Origin: Alphaproteobacteria bacterium
Lineage (GTDB): Bacteria; Pseudomonadota; Alphaproteobacteria; UBA2966
Assembly (NCBI GenBank): GCA_964291395.2
Contig: OZ219856.1
Coordinates: 1,760,001-1,824,000 of the forward strand
Length of the DNA: 64,000 bases
Direction of reading: 5' to 3'
Shown here: in pieces, positions 42,304 through 53,904 of the stretch
How positions within the stretch are numbered: the first letter of the stretch is position 1
Layout of the letters: every line of letters starts with the position of its first letter
The notes under the pieces: model-generated
Database searches by the model: none
What the model was told of the DNA's origin: nothing
What the model saw: only the letters and a program-made list of their open reading frames with translations
Made by a program: the position numbers and the translations under genes

Positions 42304-43068
42304 ATGAGACTCGAAGGTCGAACCGCCCTGATCACCGGCGCTGCCGGCGGAATCGGCAGCGCGACGGCCAGGGCGTTCGCCCGCGAAGGGGCGGACCTCT
42401 GCCTTTCCGACATCGGGGACACCGCTACCGTCACATCCGAGGTCAAGGCACTCGGACGGCGAGCGATCGAAACTCGGACGGACGTGACCAGCCGCGCCGA
42501 AATCCGGAACATGGTCGACAAGGCGGTCGAAGCCTTCGGCCGTATCGACGTTCTCGTGACCGTGGCCGGGGTGACATCGCTCGGTGATGCCGAGTCGCTC
42601 GGCGAGGCGGAGTGGGACCGCGTTATCGACATCAACCTCAAGGGCACATGGCTGTGCTGCCAAGCGATCATTGCCCAGATGCGCCGGCAGCAGTACGGCC
42701 GTATCGTCACGGTCGGCTCTCTGATCGGAAAGAACGGAGGTAACCCCCGCCCGTGGATCAACCCGGAGGAACAAGCGGGATCATCCAACGTCGCCTATGG
42801 CGCCTCAAAGGCCGGCGTTCACGCTGTGACCCATTTCTTGGCGAAGGAACTCGCGGCCGACGGGATCACCGTCAATTCGGTTTCGCCGGGACCCATCGCC
42901 ACGAAGATGACGGCGAATATCAGTCTGCAGCTTGACGAGATCATTCCGGTGGGCCGTATGGGGACGACGGACGAAGTGGCGGACGCCATCCTGTTTCTGG
43001 CCAGCGAGTCGAGCGGCTTCATCACGGGCGAAACCCTCGACATCAACGGCGGCATCATGGTCGACTGA
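42304..43068 (+). CDS. Short-chain dehydrogenase/reductase
   Basis: TGAAGGIG, INLKG, YGASK, VNSVSPG, DINGG. Confidence 0.92.
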   Translation: MRLEGRTALITGAAGGIGSATARAFAREGADLCLSDIGDTATVTSEVKALGRRAIETRTDVTSRAEIRNMVDKAVEAFGRIDVLVTVAGVTSLGDAESLGEAEWDRVIDINLKGTWLCCQAIIAQMRRQQYGRIVTVGSLIGKNGGNPRPWINPEEQAGSSNVAYGASKAGVHAVTHFLAKELAADGITVNSVSPGPIATKMTANISLQLDEIIPVGRMGTTDEVADAILFLASESSGFITGETLDINGGIMVD

Positions 43069-43115
43069 CGGTCGGTCTTCTGCATTCACACATCGCACCG
43101 GGCGTGGGAGGACAT

Positions 43116-43892
43116 ATGGGCGATAGAGTAACCTTGGGGAGGGATGGCGCGGTCGCGACGGTCATCCTGTCAAATCCCAAGCGCCTCAACGCGATGACGC
43201 CGAAAATGTGGCGTGAGCTCAAGGCCTGCATGGACGAGGCGTCCGCCGCTGACGACATCCGCGTCGTGGTGCTGAAAGGGGACGGCACGAACTTCGTCTC
43301 CGGCGCCGACATCTCCGTGTTCGACAAGGAGCGCACGAACGGTGCACAGGCCCGCAAGTACAGCGCGCATACGCACGGTGCCATGGCCTCCGTACGCGAT
43401 TGCCGGCATCCCACCATTGCGCTGATCGAGGGCGTCTGCGTCGGCGGCGGCATGGAGATCGCCTGCGTGTGCGATATCCGCGTCTGCGGCGAATCGAGCC
43501 GCTTTGGCATCACCAGCAACCGCCTGGGCCTCGGCGTGGGACACGACGAACTGAACGCTTTGATCGCCGTGTGCGGCAGGGCGTTCGCCCTCGAGATCAT
43601 GCTCGAGGGCCGGATCTTCGGCGCGGAGGAAGCGGCCGCCAAGGGATTCATCCACAAGATCTGTCCGGATGGCCAAGTGGCCCAAGAAGCCTATGAGCGC
43701 GCACGGCATATCGCTGGCCGAGCGCCCCTCGCCAACCGCTGGCACAAGGCGGCGATCCTCCGTCTCGACGATCCCACGCCCATGTCGGCGAACGAAGCCG
43801 ACCCCGGCTTCGACCTGTTCGACTCGGAGGACTACCGGGAAGGCGTCCGCGCGTTCATGGAGAAGCGGCCGCCGGAATTCAAGGGGCGTTGA
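43116..43892 (+). CDS. Enoyl-CoA hydratase/isomerase family
   Basis: NPKRLNAM, FVSGADI, CVGGGMEIA, SEDYREGVRAFMEKR. Confidence 0.9.
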   Translation: MGDRVTLGRDGAVATVILSNPKRLNAMTPKMWRELKACMDEASAADDIRVVVLKGDGTNFVSGADISVFDKERTNGAQARKYSAHTHGAMASVRDCRHPTIALIEGVCVGGGMEIACVCDIRVCGESSRFGITSNRLGLGVGHDELNALIAVCGRAFALEIMLEGRIFGAEEAAAKGFIHKICPDGQVAQEAYERARHIAGRAPLANRWHKAAILRLDDPTPMSANEADPGFDLFDSEDYREGVRAFMEKRPPEFKGR

Positions 43893-45136
43893 CGATAGCC
43901 GGAAACTCGCACGGGCCCCTCACGGGCCTCAAGGTCGTCGACCTCACGCACCATCTGGCGGGACCGACGTGCGGGCTCATGCTCGCCGATCTCGGTGCCG
44001 AGGTGATCAAGATCGAGAAAATCCCCGGCGGTGACGATTCGCGCCGCTCCGTGCCGCCCAGGATCGGCGGCGAGTCCGCCGCCTTCATGATGATGAACCG
44101 CAACAAGCGCGGGGTCGCCGTCGACCTCAAGACGGAAGGCGGCAAACGGATACTGCGGCGCCTCGCGGCGGACGCCGACGTCCTAATCGAGAATTTCCGA
44201 CCGGGCACGCTCGACCGTCTGGGAATCGGTTACGAAACGCTGAGGGAGAACAATCCCAAGCTGATCTACGGGGTGATCTCGGGCTTCGGCACCACAGGTC
44301 CCTACCGGGGCCGTGGCGGCTTCGACCTCGTCGCCCAGGGCATGAGCGGCCTGATGAGCATCACGGGCGACGCCTCGGGCACCGCGCCGACCAAGGTCGG
44401 CGCGCCGGTCACGGACATCACGGCGGGACTGCTGTTGACGATGGGTGTGCTGGCGGCCCTCCACGAACGTGAGCGGACGGGCGAAGGCCAGATCGTGGAC
44501 ACCTCCCTGTTCGAGGCCGGCATCACGCACACCTTCTGGCAGTCGGCCATCGCCTTTGCGACCGGCGTGGCGCCGCTCGCCATGGGAACACGGCACCCGT
44601 TGAACGCGCCTTATCAGGCCTTCCGGACGGCCGACTCCTGGATGTGCATCGGAGCCGCTTCGCAGCGCAACTGGGGACGGCTGATGACTTTGCTGGACAA
44701 GCCGGACATCGCCGAAGATTCCCGCTTCGCCGACAACGCCGCCCGCATGGCCAACACCGACGCGCTGGATGAGAAACTCAGCGCCGTCTTCCGCACTGCG
44801 ACGACGGACGAATGGCTCGCCCGCTTCGAGGAGGCCGGCATCCCCGCCGGGCCGATCAACACCATCACGGACATGCACGCCGATCCCCAGACGGCGGCCC
44901 GCAACATGACTCCGGAGGTCACCCACCCGGCAGCCGGTACGGTGAAGACGCTCGGACCGCCGGTGAAGTTCTCTCGGACCCCGGCCACCGTACGATTGCC
45001 GGCGCCGCTTTACGGCCAGCATACCCGCGAGGTTCTGAGTCGACATGGCTTTTCCGATGCCGAGATCGATGCATTCCTGGACGAAGGTGCCGTGACCGCA
45101 ACGGATGACGACCCGGCGGCGGGAACTCGAGCCTGA
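43889..45136 (+). CDS. Family III CoA-transferase (CaiB/BaiF)
   Basis: LAGPTCGLMLADLGAEVIKIE, NRNKRG, ENFRPG, GFDLVAQGMSG. Confidence 0.93.
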   Translation: MTIAGNSHGPLTGLKVVDLTHHLAGPTCGLMLADLGAEVIKIEKIPGGDDSRRSVPPRIGGESAAFMMMNRNKRGVAVDLKTEGGKRILRRLAADADVLIENFRPGTLDRLGIGYETLRENNPKLIYGVISGFGTTGPYRGRGGFDLVAQGMSGLMSITGDASGTAPTKVGAPVTDITAGLLLTMGVLAALHERERTGEGQIVDTSLFEAGITHTFWQSAIAFATGVAPLAMGTRHPLNAPYQAFRTADSWMCIGAASQRNWGRLMTLLDKPDIAEDSRFADNAARMANTDALDEKLSAVFRTATTDEWLARFEEAGIPAGPINTITDMHADPQTAARNMTPEVTHPAAGTVKTLGPPVKFSRTPATVRLPAPLYGQHTREVLSRHGFSDAEIDAFLDEGAVTATDDDPAAGTRA

Positions 45137-45255
45137 GTACCGCCGGGTGGGGTTGAAGGCGGCGGCGACACCGATTAAGTAAGGGCTCACGGCCTCGCGG
45201 CCGGGCAAGACATACGGATTCACCGGCACGGCAGCAGACGCGCTTGCCGGCGTGA

Positions 45256-45331
45256 TCCCCGGTAGCTCAGTTGGTAGAGCGGGTGGCTGTTAACCACTAG
45301 GTCGCTGGTTCGAGTCCGGCCCGGGGAGCCA
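45256..45331 (+). tRNA. tRNA-Asn (GTT)
   Basis: TCCCCGG/CCGGGGA acceptor stem, TAGCTCAGTTGGTAGAGC D-arm, loop CTGTTAA, GGTTCGAGTCC, encoded CCA. Confidence 0.97.
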
Positions 45332-45368
45332 AATTTCAGACCAAGAAGACCTATCCTGTTCTCAGGAA

Positions 45369-45406
45369 CTCAACTAAAGCCCTGCTGGAGCAGGGCTTTA
45401 GTTGAG
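45369..45406. repeat. Perfect 18-bp inverted repeat downstream of tRNA-Asn
   Basis: CTCAACTAAAGCCCTGCT-gg-AGCAGGGCTTTAGTTGAG. Confidence 0.8.
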
Positions 45407-45692
45407 ACGGGTCTTGCCTAGCTGAGGGGGCATTGGAGCGTGCTGCCCGACCACCCGCTCGCTTCTTGCAACGCTCGCGAGTCCGGATTCGCCTGCATTG
45501 AAGGGGGAGAGCTACGGCCGAGGACCCGGGCGACGAGATACGGAAGCACGAAGACGCTGAGGTAGATCGCCGCCCCGCGGGCGTCCAGGCCGCCGACACA
45601 CGCCGCGGGAAACAGCATGCGATCCGTCACTCCGCACCGTGACGATACTCACCGGTCGCGGCTGCGCTCCAGAAACTCACCTTCCGCCGGAA

Positions 45693-47975
<2,283 letters not shown>

Positions 47976-48006
47976 CTATATGATGACGGCGCGGCCCGGT
48001 CAATAG

Positions 48007-48023
48007 CTTGGAATTGTTCTAAT
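48007..48023. promoter_or_regulatory. Iron control element (Irr box) upstream of katG
   Basis: CTTGGAA-TTG-TTCTAAT versus ICE consensus TTTRGAA-N3-TTCYAAA. Confidence 0.65.
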
Positions 48024-48053
48024 GGCGGCCGTCCGCCGTCGGCCGAAGACCCG

Positions 48054-48470
48054 TCAGTCCGGGCTGCCGGTGACCCGGATGACCAGATCGACTCGGCTGA
48101 TGGTCGTTCCGGCGGGTGGATCGGGAAGCTCTCCGATATGCACGGCGCCGGGCTCAAGGTCTTCGAGGCGACCGGTGTCCTGGAAATATAGGTGATGGTG
48201 ATCGGTCGTGTTGGTGTCGAAATAGGACAGGTTCGGATCTACCATCACCTCCTGCAGCAGGCCCGCGTCGGTGAACTGATGCAAGGTGTTGTAGACGGTC
48301 GCCAGCGAAACGCTCGCCCCGTCGCGCAACGCCTCCTCGTGCAGGCTCTCGGCACTGACGTGGCGGTTGCCGCCGACGAACAGTAGCCGCGCCAGCGCCA
48401 GACGTTGGCGCGTCGGGCGCAAGTTGTGGCGCCTGAGCATCTCGATCAGCGGCGTGTAGGATCGTTGCAT
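48054..48470 (-). CDS. irr: Fur-family iron response regulator Irr
   Basis: LRPTRQRLAL, VSLATVYNTLHQFT, YFDTNT.DHHH (HHH motif, no CxxC). Confidence 0.88.
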   Translation of the reverse strand: MQRSYTPLIEMLRRHNLRPTRQRLALARLLFVGGNRHVSAESLHEEALRDGASVSLATVYNTLHQFTDAGLLQEVMVDPNLSYFDTNTTDHHHLYFQDTGRLEDLEPGAVHIGELPDPPAGTTISRVDLVIRVTGSPD

Positions 48471-48530
48471 CGCCGAGTCCCGCCTGCCGGACATGTCATT
48501 TCACTTCCATTACAATAGCGACGGGCTCAG

Positions 48531-48547
48531 TTTGGAACAAGTCGAAC
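48531..48547. promoter_or_regulatory. Degenerate ICE-like box upstream of irr
   Basis: TTTGGAA-CAA-GTCGAAC; perfect left half-site, degenerate right half. Confidence 0.35.
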
Positions 48548-48569
48548 AAATCGCGCCGCCGCCAGCCGC

Positions 48570-49178
48570 TCACAGGGCGCATCGCCCCGCGCGCGGGGCC
48601 CGAGGCAGTGGACTACGGGAACAAGCTGCCGCCGATGCCCATGGTACATCTGTGGACGCTGTGGACGCCCCCTTGGGATGCAAGCGGTTTTCGGCCAGGT
48701 AGGTTTGGTATGCGGCCGGGTGCTGACTTATGTCCGGCCTCCTGATGCCGATGGACACGGTCAAGCCCGCCACCATGGCGTAGCGCTCGGCGGGAAACCA
48801 ATTGACGGCAAGATGTAAGACCGTGATGAGATTAAGTCCTGCACCGATATCGAGCAGCACTCGACTTGCGTAAGCCACCGGCAGCGTCGCTGTCATCGCG
48901 AACGCCAAGGCGCCCAGCGCACAGGCAGGCCGAGGCAGTGAGTACGCACGGGAGCCCCATTTGTCTACAATTATTCCCACCGGAATCTGCACTAACGCAT
49001 ACGCCCAGTAGAAGAAGGCCGGCAGCTTGCCCGGGATGACCGCGGTCGCATCAAAGGAACGCATCAGGTCGTCGACCATAGCGCTGGGCGCCACACGCTG
49101 GAACGTCGCGAAGAAAAACAGCGATGCCGCGAGGCCCCCACGTGATCCAGGCACGCGCTTGTTGAGGCCCGAGGCCAT
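48570..49178 (-). pseudogene. Truncated MFS transporter
   Basis: FQRVAPS, FYWAYALVQIPVGIIVDKWG.R, WFPAERYA cover only the N-half, then the sequence turns non-hydrophobic. Confidence 0.7.
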
Positions 49179-49469
49179 CCGATGAAAATTTTGGGGACGC
49201 GTCAGTCATGAACCCTGTTAGTCAGCACGACGACCACTCCGTGAGTTCACACTGTCATGCATGCGGGGACATCACGTCTATGATCGACATCTTGGGATCG
49301 AGGCATGCTGTGCCCACGGGGAATCGGATTTTTTTGGCGTCACAGACGCGGACAAAAATTCAGAATTCCCCGAAGGCAGAAGCCAACGACGACTTACCAG
49401 TATTGCATTGGTTCGATCGGCGACAGGCGATTCGGGACTGTGCACCCCTGAGGTGAATGGAGGAAGGGT

Positions 49470-50915
49470 ATGGATGAATTCGACCTCGTGGTTCGTGGAG
49501 GAACTGTCGTGACGGCGGCCGATAGCGTGCTCAGTGACGTGGGCGTGTCCGATGGACGGATTTGTGCCTTGGCGAACAACCTCCCTCCGGGTCGGAAAGA
49601 AGTCGATGCCTCCAGGCTGTTGATCCTTCCCGGTGGAGTTGACGGACATTGCCACCTAGATCAGCCGTTGAACGACGGCGCTGAAATGGCTGACGATTTT
49701 TTCAGTGGCACCCGTTCCGCGGCCTGCGGAGGAACCACCACGGTGATTCCGTTCGCCTGCCAAATGAAAGGTGACTCACTGCGCGCGGCCGTCGAGGACT
49801 ACCACCAGAGAGCTGAAGGCAAAGCAGTCATCGATTACGCCTTTCACCTTATCGTTTCCGACCCCACCGAGCAGGTGCTTGGCCAGGAACTCCCCGCACT
49901 CATCAAAGACGGTTATACGTCGTTCAAGATCTACATGACCTACGACGATCTGAAGCTCAATGACCGGCAAATCCTCGATACCCTTGCCGTGGCGCGTCGG
50001 CACGGTGCAATGGTCATGATGCACGCCGAGAATTCGGATGGGATAGCCTGGTTGACCGAGCGCCTCGAATTGGAGGGCCGTACCGCACCAAAATACCACG
50101 CGGTCTCACGTCCCATCTCAGTGGAGCGCGAGGCCACGCAACGGGCCATCATGCTGGCCGAGTTGGCCGAAGTTCCAATCCTGCTGGTTCACGTTTCCAG
50201 CAAGGATGCGGTTGAGCAGATCAGGTGGGCCCGGGGCCGCGGTCTCCGCGTCTATGCGGAAACCTGTCCTCAATATGTGCTCCTTACCGCCGAGGATCTC
50301 GATTTGCCTGGGTTTGAAGGCGCAAAGTGTGTTTGTAGTCCGCCGCCCCGCGATGCGTCGAGCCATCAAGCCATTTGGGACGGTCTGACCGACGGCCTAT
50401 TTCAAGTGTTCTCCTCGGACCACGCGCCATTTCGATACGACGATTCCAAGGGGAAGAAGTTGAAGGGTGAAACGGGATCATTCGCCTACGTGCCTAACGG
50501 CATTCCAGGGATCGAGACGCGAATGCCCTTGTTATTTTCTGAAGGTGTCAACGGCGGAAAATTAGATCTCAGCAGCTTCGTCGCGTTAACGGCAACGAAT
50601 CCGGCAAAGATGTACGGTCTCCACCCGCGTAAAGGGACGATCGCCATCGGCAGTGATGCGGATTTGGCGCTATGGGATCCGAATCGAGAAGTAACCATCA
50701 CCAACGACATGCTGCACCACAACGTGGATTACACGCCCTACGGCGGAATGACGGTTCGTGGTTGGCCTGTGATGACGATTTCCCGCGGCGTGACGGTCTG
50801 GGGCGACGGTAATTTCTTAGGTGAACAGGGTTTCGGCCGATTTCTGCGCTGTGAGCGACCTGATCCAGCACGGCCAGTCCATACGAGTGATGGCAAACGT
50901 GCTCCAAAATCGTGA
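49470..50915 (+). CDS. hydA: Dihydropyrimidinase / D-hydantoinase
   Basis: PGGVDGHCH, SFKIYMTY, HAEN, ETCPQY, SSDHAPF, NGIPGIETR. Confidence 0.9.
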   Translation: MDEFDLVVRGGTVVTAADSVLSDVGVSDGRICALANNLPPGRKEVDASRLLILPGGVDGHCHLDQPLNDGAEMADDFFSGTRSAACGGTTTVIPFACQMKGDSLRAAVEDYHQRAEGKAVIDYAFHLIVSDPTEQVLGQELPALIKDGYTSFKIYMTYDDLKLNDRQILDTLAVARRHGAMVMMHAENSDGIAWLTERLELEGRTAPKYHAVSRPISVEREATQRAIMLAELAEVPILLVHVSSKDAVEQIRWARGRGLRVYAETCPQYVLLTAEDLDLPGFEGAKCVCSPPPRDASSHQAIWDGLTDGLFQVFSSDHAPFRYDDSKGKKLKGETGSFAYVPNGIPGIETRMPLLFSEGVNGGKLDLSSFVALTATNPAKMYGLHPRKGTIAIGSDADLALWDPNREVTITNDMLHHNVDYTPYGGMTVRGWPVMTISRGVTVWGDGNFLGEQGFGRFLRCERPDPARPVHTSDGKRAPKS

Positions 50916-51038
50916 TCGCACGCGAATGAACGTCAACGCTCTCGGGGTTCCATGTTAAGCTGCCTCAGTCATAGACCGTAGAGATGGGCTGACGTCAGCC
51001 TGACAATCCGGCTCGCGCAAGGCGAGGGGAAGCACACC

Positions 51039-52265
51039 ATGTCACGCTCTGCCACCGAATGGGAAAGACCGCCCAACCTGCCGGAAGAGTACTACGTCAG
51101 CGCCCTCGTCTATAGCAACGAAGAAATTTTCCAAGAGGAGCAGGAGAAACTGCTGCGCAAGACATGGAAGTTTGCCTGTCACGAAAGCGAGGTCCCCGAA
51201 ATCGGAGATTACCGCACATTTGACTGGACAGGCATTCCCCTGGTCACGGTCCGTGGTGCAGACAACAAAATCCGGACATTCATCAACTCCTGCTCGCACC
51301 GGTCGGCCAAAATCGCTTACGGCGTCACCGGCAATGTGAAAAGCTTCGTCTGCTTCTTCCATCTCTGGGCTTACAACCTGGAAGGCAATTGTATCGGGCA
51401 GACGCGCGATCTGGCCTACGAAAAATGCGGCCCGTCGAAGGATCAATGCGGACTTCGGGAGGTCAAGACCGAAACTTGGTGCGGCATGATCTTCATCAAC
51501 CTTAATGACGGAAGCCCCAACCTTCTCGAGGACATGGGCGAGACTCTCACTCAGTTTGAAGACGTGCTCGAACAAACGGAACTCGAGGTCTTCCACTTCC
51601 ACCGCATTCTGATGACCGCCAACTGGAAACAGTGGCACGAGACTAACATGGAGCTTTACCACGAGTGGGGACACCCGGTTAACCGTCGGACCAGCGTTCA
51701 TGCCGACGGCTATTTTGATCGAGAATGGACATTTGACTCCAATGGACACGGGGTGTTGGCACCCTTCAAGGTCCAATACAAAAACTATAGAGGTTGGCAA
51801 AATCGTGACAGTAAGACTTTCCCGGGAATGGGCCCTGGAGAGTTCCGCATCATGAACCTGTTCCCAAACACGTCGTTTATCTTGCGTACGACCTGCATGC
51901 GTATTCACACGACAACGCCGATCGCCCCAGGTCTCACGCATATGGAGGATCGCGGACTGGGCATCAAGGGAGAGTCGAGACAAGACCGCCTAATGCGCGA
52001 ATCCGACTTTCACGGTACGTGGGGTCCGTTCGGCCGCAACACGGCGGAGGATGTCGCCTTTGTGGAGGCAGCGGAGCAGGCCAACCGTCATGGGGCCGCC
52101 AAGTACAGCATCATCTCCCGAATTGAAACGAGCGAACGTGGATTGCCTCTCACCCAAGATGAAGAGCACATCCGTCTCTTTTTCGCGTTGTGGAACCGGT
52201 ATATGGGCCGCCCGCCCCATAACCCAATGAATGTGGAACGCCACGATCTCAAGGCGGCGGAATGA
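51039..52265 (+). CDS. Rieske oxygenase alpha subunit, methanesulfonate monooxygenase MsmA-like
   Basis: CSH-X17-CFFH, NWKQWHETNMELYHEWGH; N-terminus MSRSATEW; adjacent MsmB-like gene. Confidence 0.8.
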   Translation: MSRSATEWERPPNLPEEYYVSALVYSNEEIFQEEQEKLLRKTWKFACHESEVPEIGDYRTFDWTGIPLVTVRGADNKIRTFINSCSHRSAKIAYGVTGNVKSFVCFFHLWAYNLEGNCIGQTRDLAYEKCGPSKDQCGLREVKTETWCGMIFINLNDGSPNLLEDMGETLTQFEDVLEQTELEVFHFHRILMTANWKQWHETNMELYHEWGHPVNRRTSVHADGYFDREWTFDSNGHGVLAPFKVQYKNYRGWQNRDSKTFPGMGPGEFRIMNLFPNTSFILRTTCMRIHTTTPIAPGLTHMEDRGLGIKGESRQDRLMRESDFHGTWGPFGRNTAEDVAFVEAAEQANRHGAAKYSIISRIETSERGLPLTQDEEHIRLFFALWNRYMGRPPHNPMNVERHDLKAAE

Positions 52266-52325
52266 CCATCACCGAATACCCAGTGACTGGGAACCTGTTA
52301 ATTCGGATCCGCGCGGGAGAGTGAA

Positions 52326-52793
52326 ATGGCGGATACCGATGCCGCCGTGCGTGATCTGATCTACCGGTCGTGCTTGCTGTTGGATGAAGAAGACTTCAAC
52401 GGTTACCTCGATCTCTGTACGCCGGACTTTCATTACAAGATCACGGCCTATGGTCAGGAAATTCGTAGGGAGATGACTTGGCTGGATCTGACAAGGGAGA
52501 AGATGTCCGTTCTGTTCGATGAAATTCCCGACCACATACGTCTGCCCGGCACCTTCGTACGCATGGCGAATGTCTACACCGTGGATCGGCAACGGGAATC
52601 CGACCGACGCTTGGTCGCGGCAACGACACTGATCACGGTCTATTACACGACACCCGAGGGGTCGACCCGCGTTTTTGCGGTGGGCAAGTACCATGACCTG
52701 ATCGAACTCAACGGAGTCCGACCGCTGCTGGCGTCACGCCACGTAAGGCTGGAGACGCGGGATATCGGCAAGGGTTGCCACGTACCCTTGTAA
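52326..52793 (+). CDS. Oxygenase beta subunit (NTF2/SnoaL fold), MsmB-like
   Basis: DLIYRSCLLLDEEDF, AYGQEIRREMTWLD, VGKYHD, VRLETR. Confidence 0.78.
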   Translation: MADTDAAVRDLIYRSCLLLDEEDFNGYLDLCTPDFHYKITAYGQEIRREMTWLDLTREKMSVLFDEIPDHIRLPGTFVRMANVYTVDRQRESDRRLVAATTLITVYYTTPEGSTRVFAVGKYHDLIELNGVRPLLASRHVRLETRDIGKGCHVPL

Positions 52794-52858
52794 CGAATGC
52801 CCAACGTTGTTTGGAGAGGATACGCGGCGCTCTGTCGGCATGGGAGGGGGAGGAGCGA

Positions 52859-53845
52859 GTGTCTTTCCTAATCACCGGTGGTCACGGATTCATTGGTCTC
52901 AACATCGCAGAAAGATTGTTGGCAGAAGGCGAATACGTGGTGCTATTCGGCCTTGACTCACTACCGGTGTCGGCGCGTGCGGAATTTTCATCACTGCCGG
53001 GAACTCTGATCACTGCGGAAGGCGATGTATGTGAACCGGCTAAGCTCGATCGCGTATTCGCCGACCACGGTGTCGAAGACGTGGTGCACGGCGCAGCGAT
53101 TACAGCAGGTCCAGAGCGCGAGCGTAGCGATCCTACCACCATCATGTACGTCAATCTGACCGGAACAATCACCGCTCTGGAGGCGGCCCGAAGGCACAAC
53201 ACTCGACGATTCATTTGCCTCAGTTCGTGCTCGATCTACGGCGAAAGCGACTACGATGTGCTTGAGTGCGATGAGGCGACGACACTTCCCGTGCCTGTCA
53301 ACCTTTATGCCATCAGCAAGTATGCTGCGGAACGCGCAGCCCTGCGATACGGGAGGCAGTGGGATATGGACGTGCTGGTAGCCCGGCCCACCGAGGCGTT
53401 TGGGCCCTGGGAGCGCGATACCGGTGTTCGAGATACCTTAAGCGCCCCTCTCCAGGTGACGCGGTTGGCAATACAGGGAAGGCAGGCGGTCCTGCCCCGC
53501 GCAGGTCGGCGTGATTGGGGATATAGCCGGGATATAGCTCGGGCCGTTGTCGCGCTCCTTCGCGCTAAAAATCCGAGCTTCGACGTGTACAACGTAAGTT
53601 CAGGCACGCAATGGGCGATCGCCGCATGGTGCGACAAGCTGGTCGAGAAGTATCCCGAGTTCAGTTATCGGTTGGCCGCCGAGGACGAATCTCCAAACGT
53701 GGACTATTACGACCCGCGCGACCGCTCACCGTTGGCCATCGAGCGCTTGACAGAAGATATCGGTTTCACACCCGAATTTGCATTGGAGTCGTCCTTCGAC
53801 GACTACATAGGCTGGATCACAAGTCACACCGATGACATCGGATAA
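52859..53845 (+). CDS. NAD-dependent epimerase/dehydratase (extended SDR)
   Basis: TGGHGFIG, HGAAIT, YAISK; GTG start after AGGAG. Confidence 0.88.
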   Translation: MSFLITGGHGFIGLNIAERLLAEGEYVVLFGLDSLPVSARAEFSSLPGTLITAEGDVCEPAKLDRVFADHGVEDVVHGAAITAGPERERSDPTTIMYVNLTGTITALEAARRHNTRRFICLSSCSIYGESDYDVLECDEATTLPVPVNLYAISKYAAERAALRYGRQWDMDVLVARPTEAFGPWERDTGVRDTLSAPLQVTRLAIQGRQAVLPRAGRRDWGYSRDIARAVVALLRAKNPSFDVYNVSSGTQWAIAAWCDKLVEKYPEFSYRLAAEDESPNVDYYDPRDRSPLAIERLTEDIGFTPEFALESSFDDYIGWITSHTDDIG

Positions 53846-53904
53846 ACGTCTTGGAGCAAGAGTTCTCCCATTGGCGACATGCCTGCGCTGGAAAGGACGG
53901 GATA

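Noticed and set aside
45418-45630. Small minus-strand ORFs between tRNA-Asn and katG
   Set aside because: No recognisable motif or ribosome-binding site; cannot be supported as genes.
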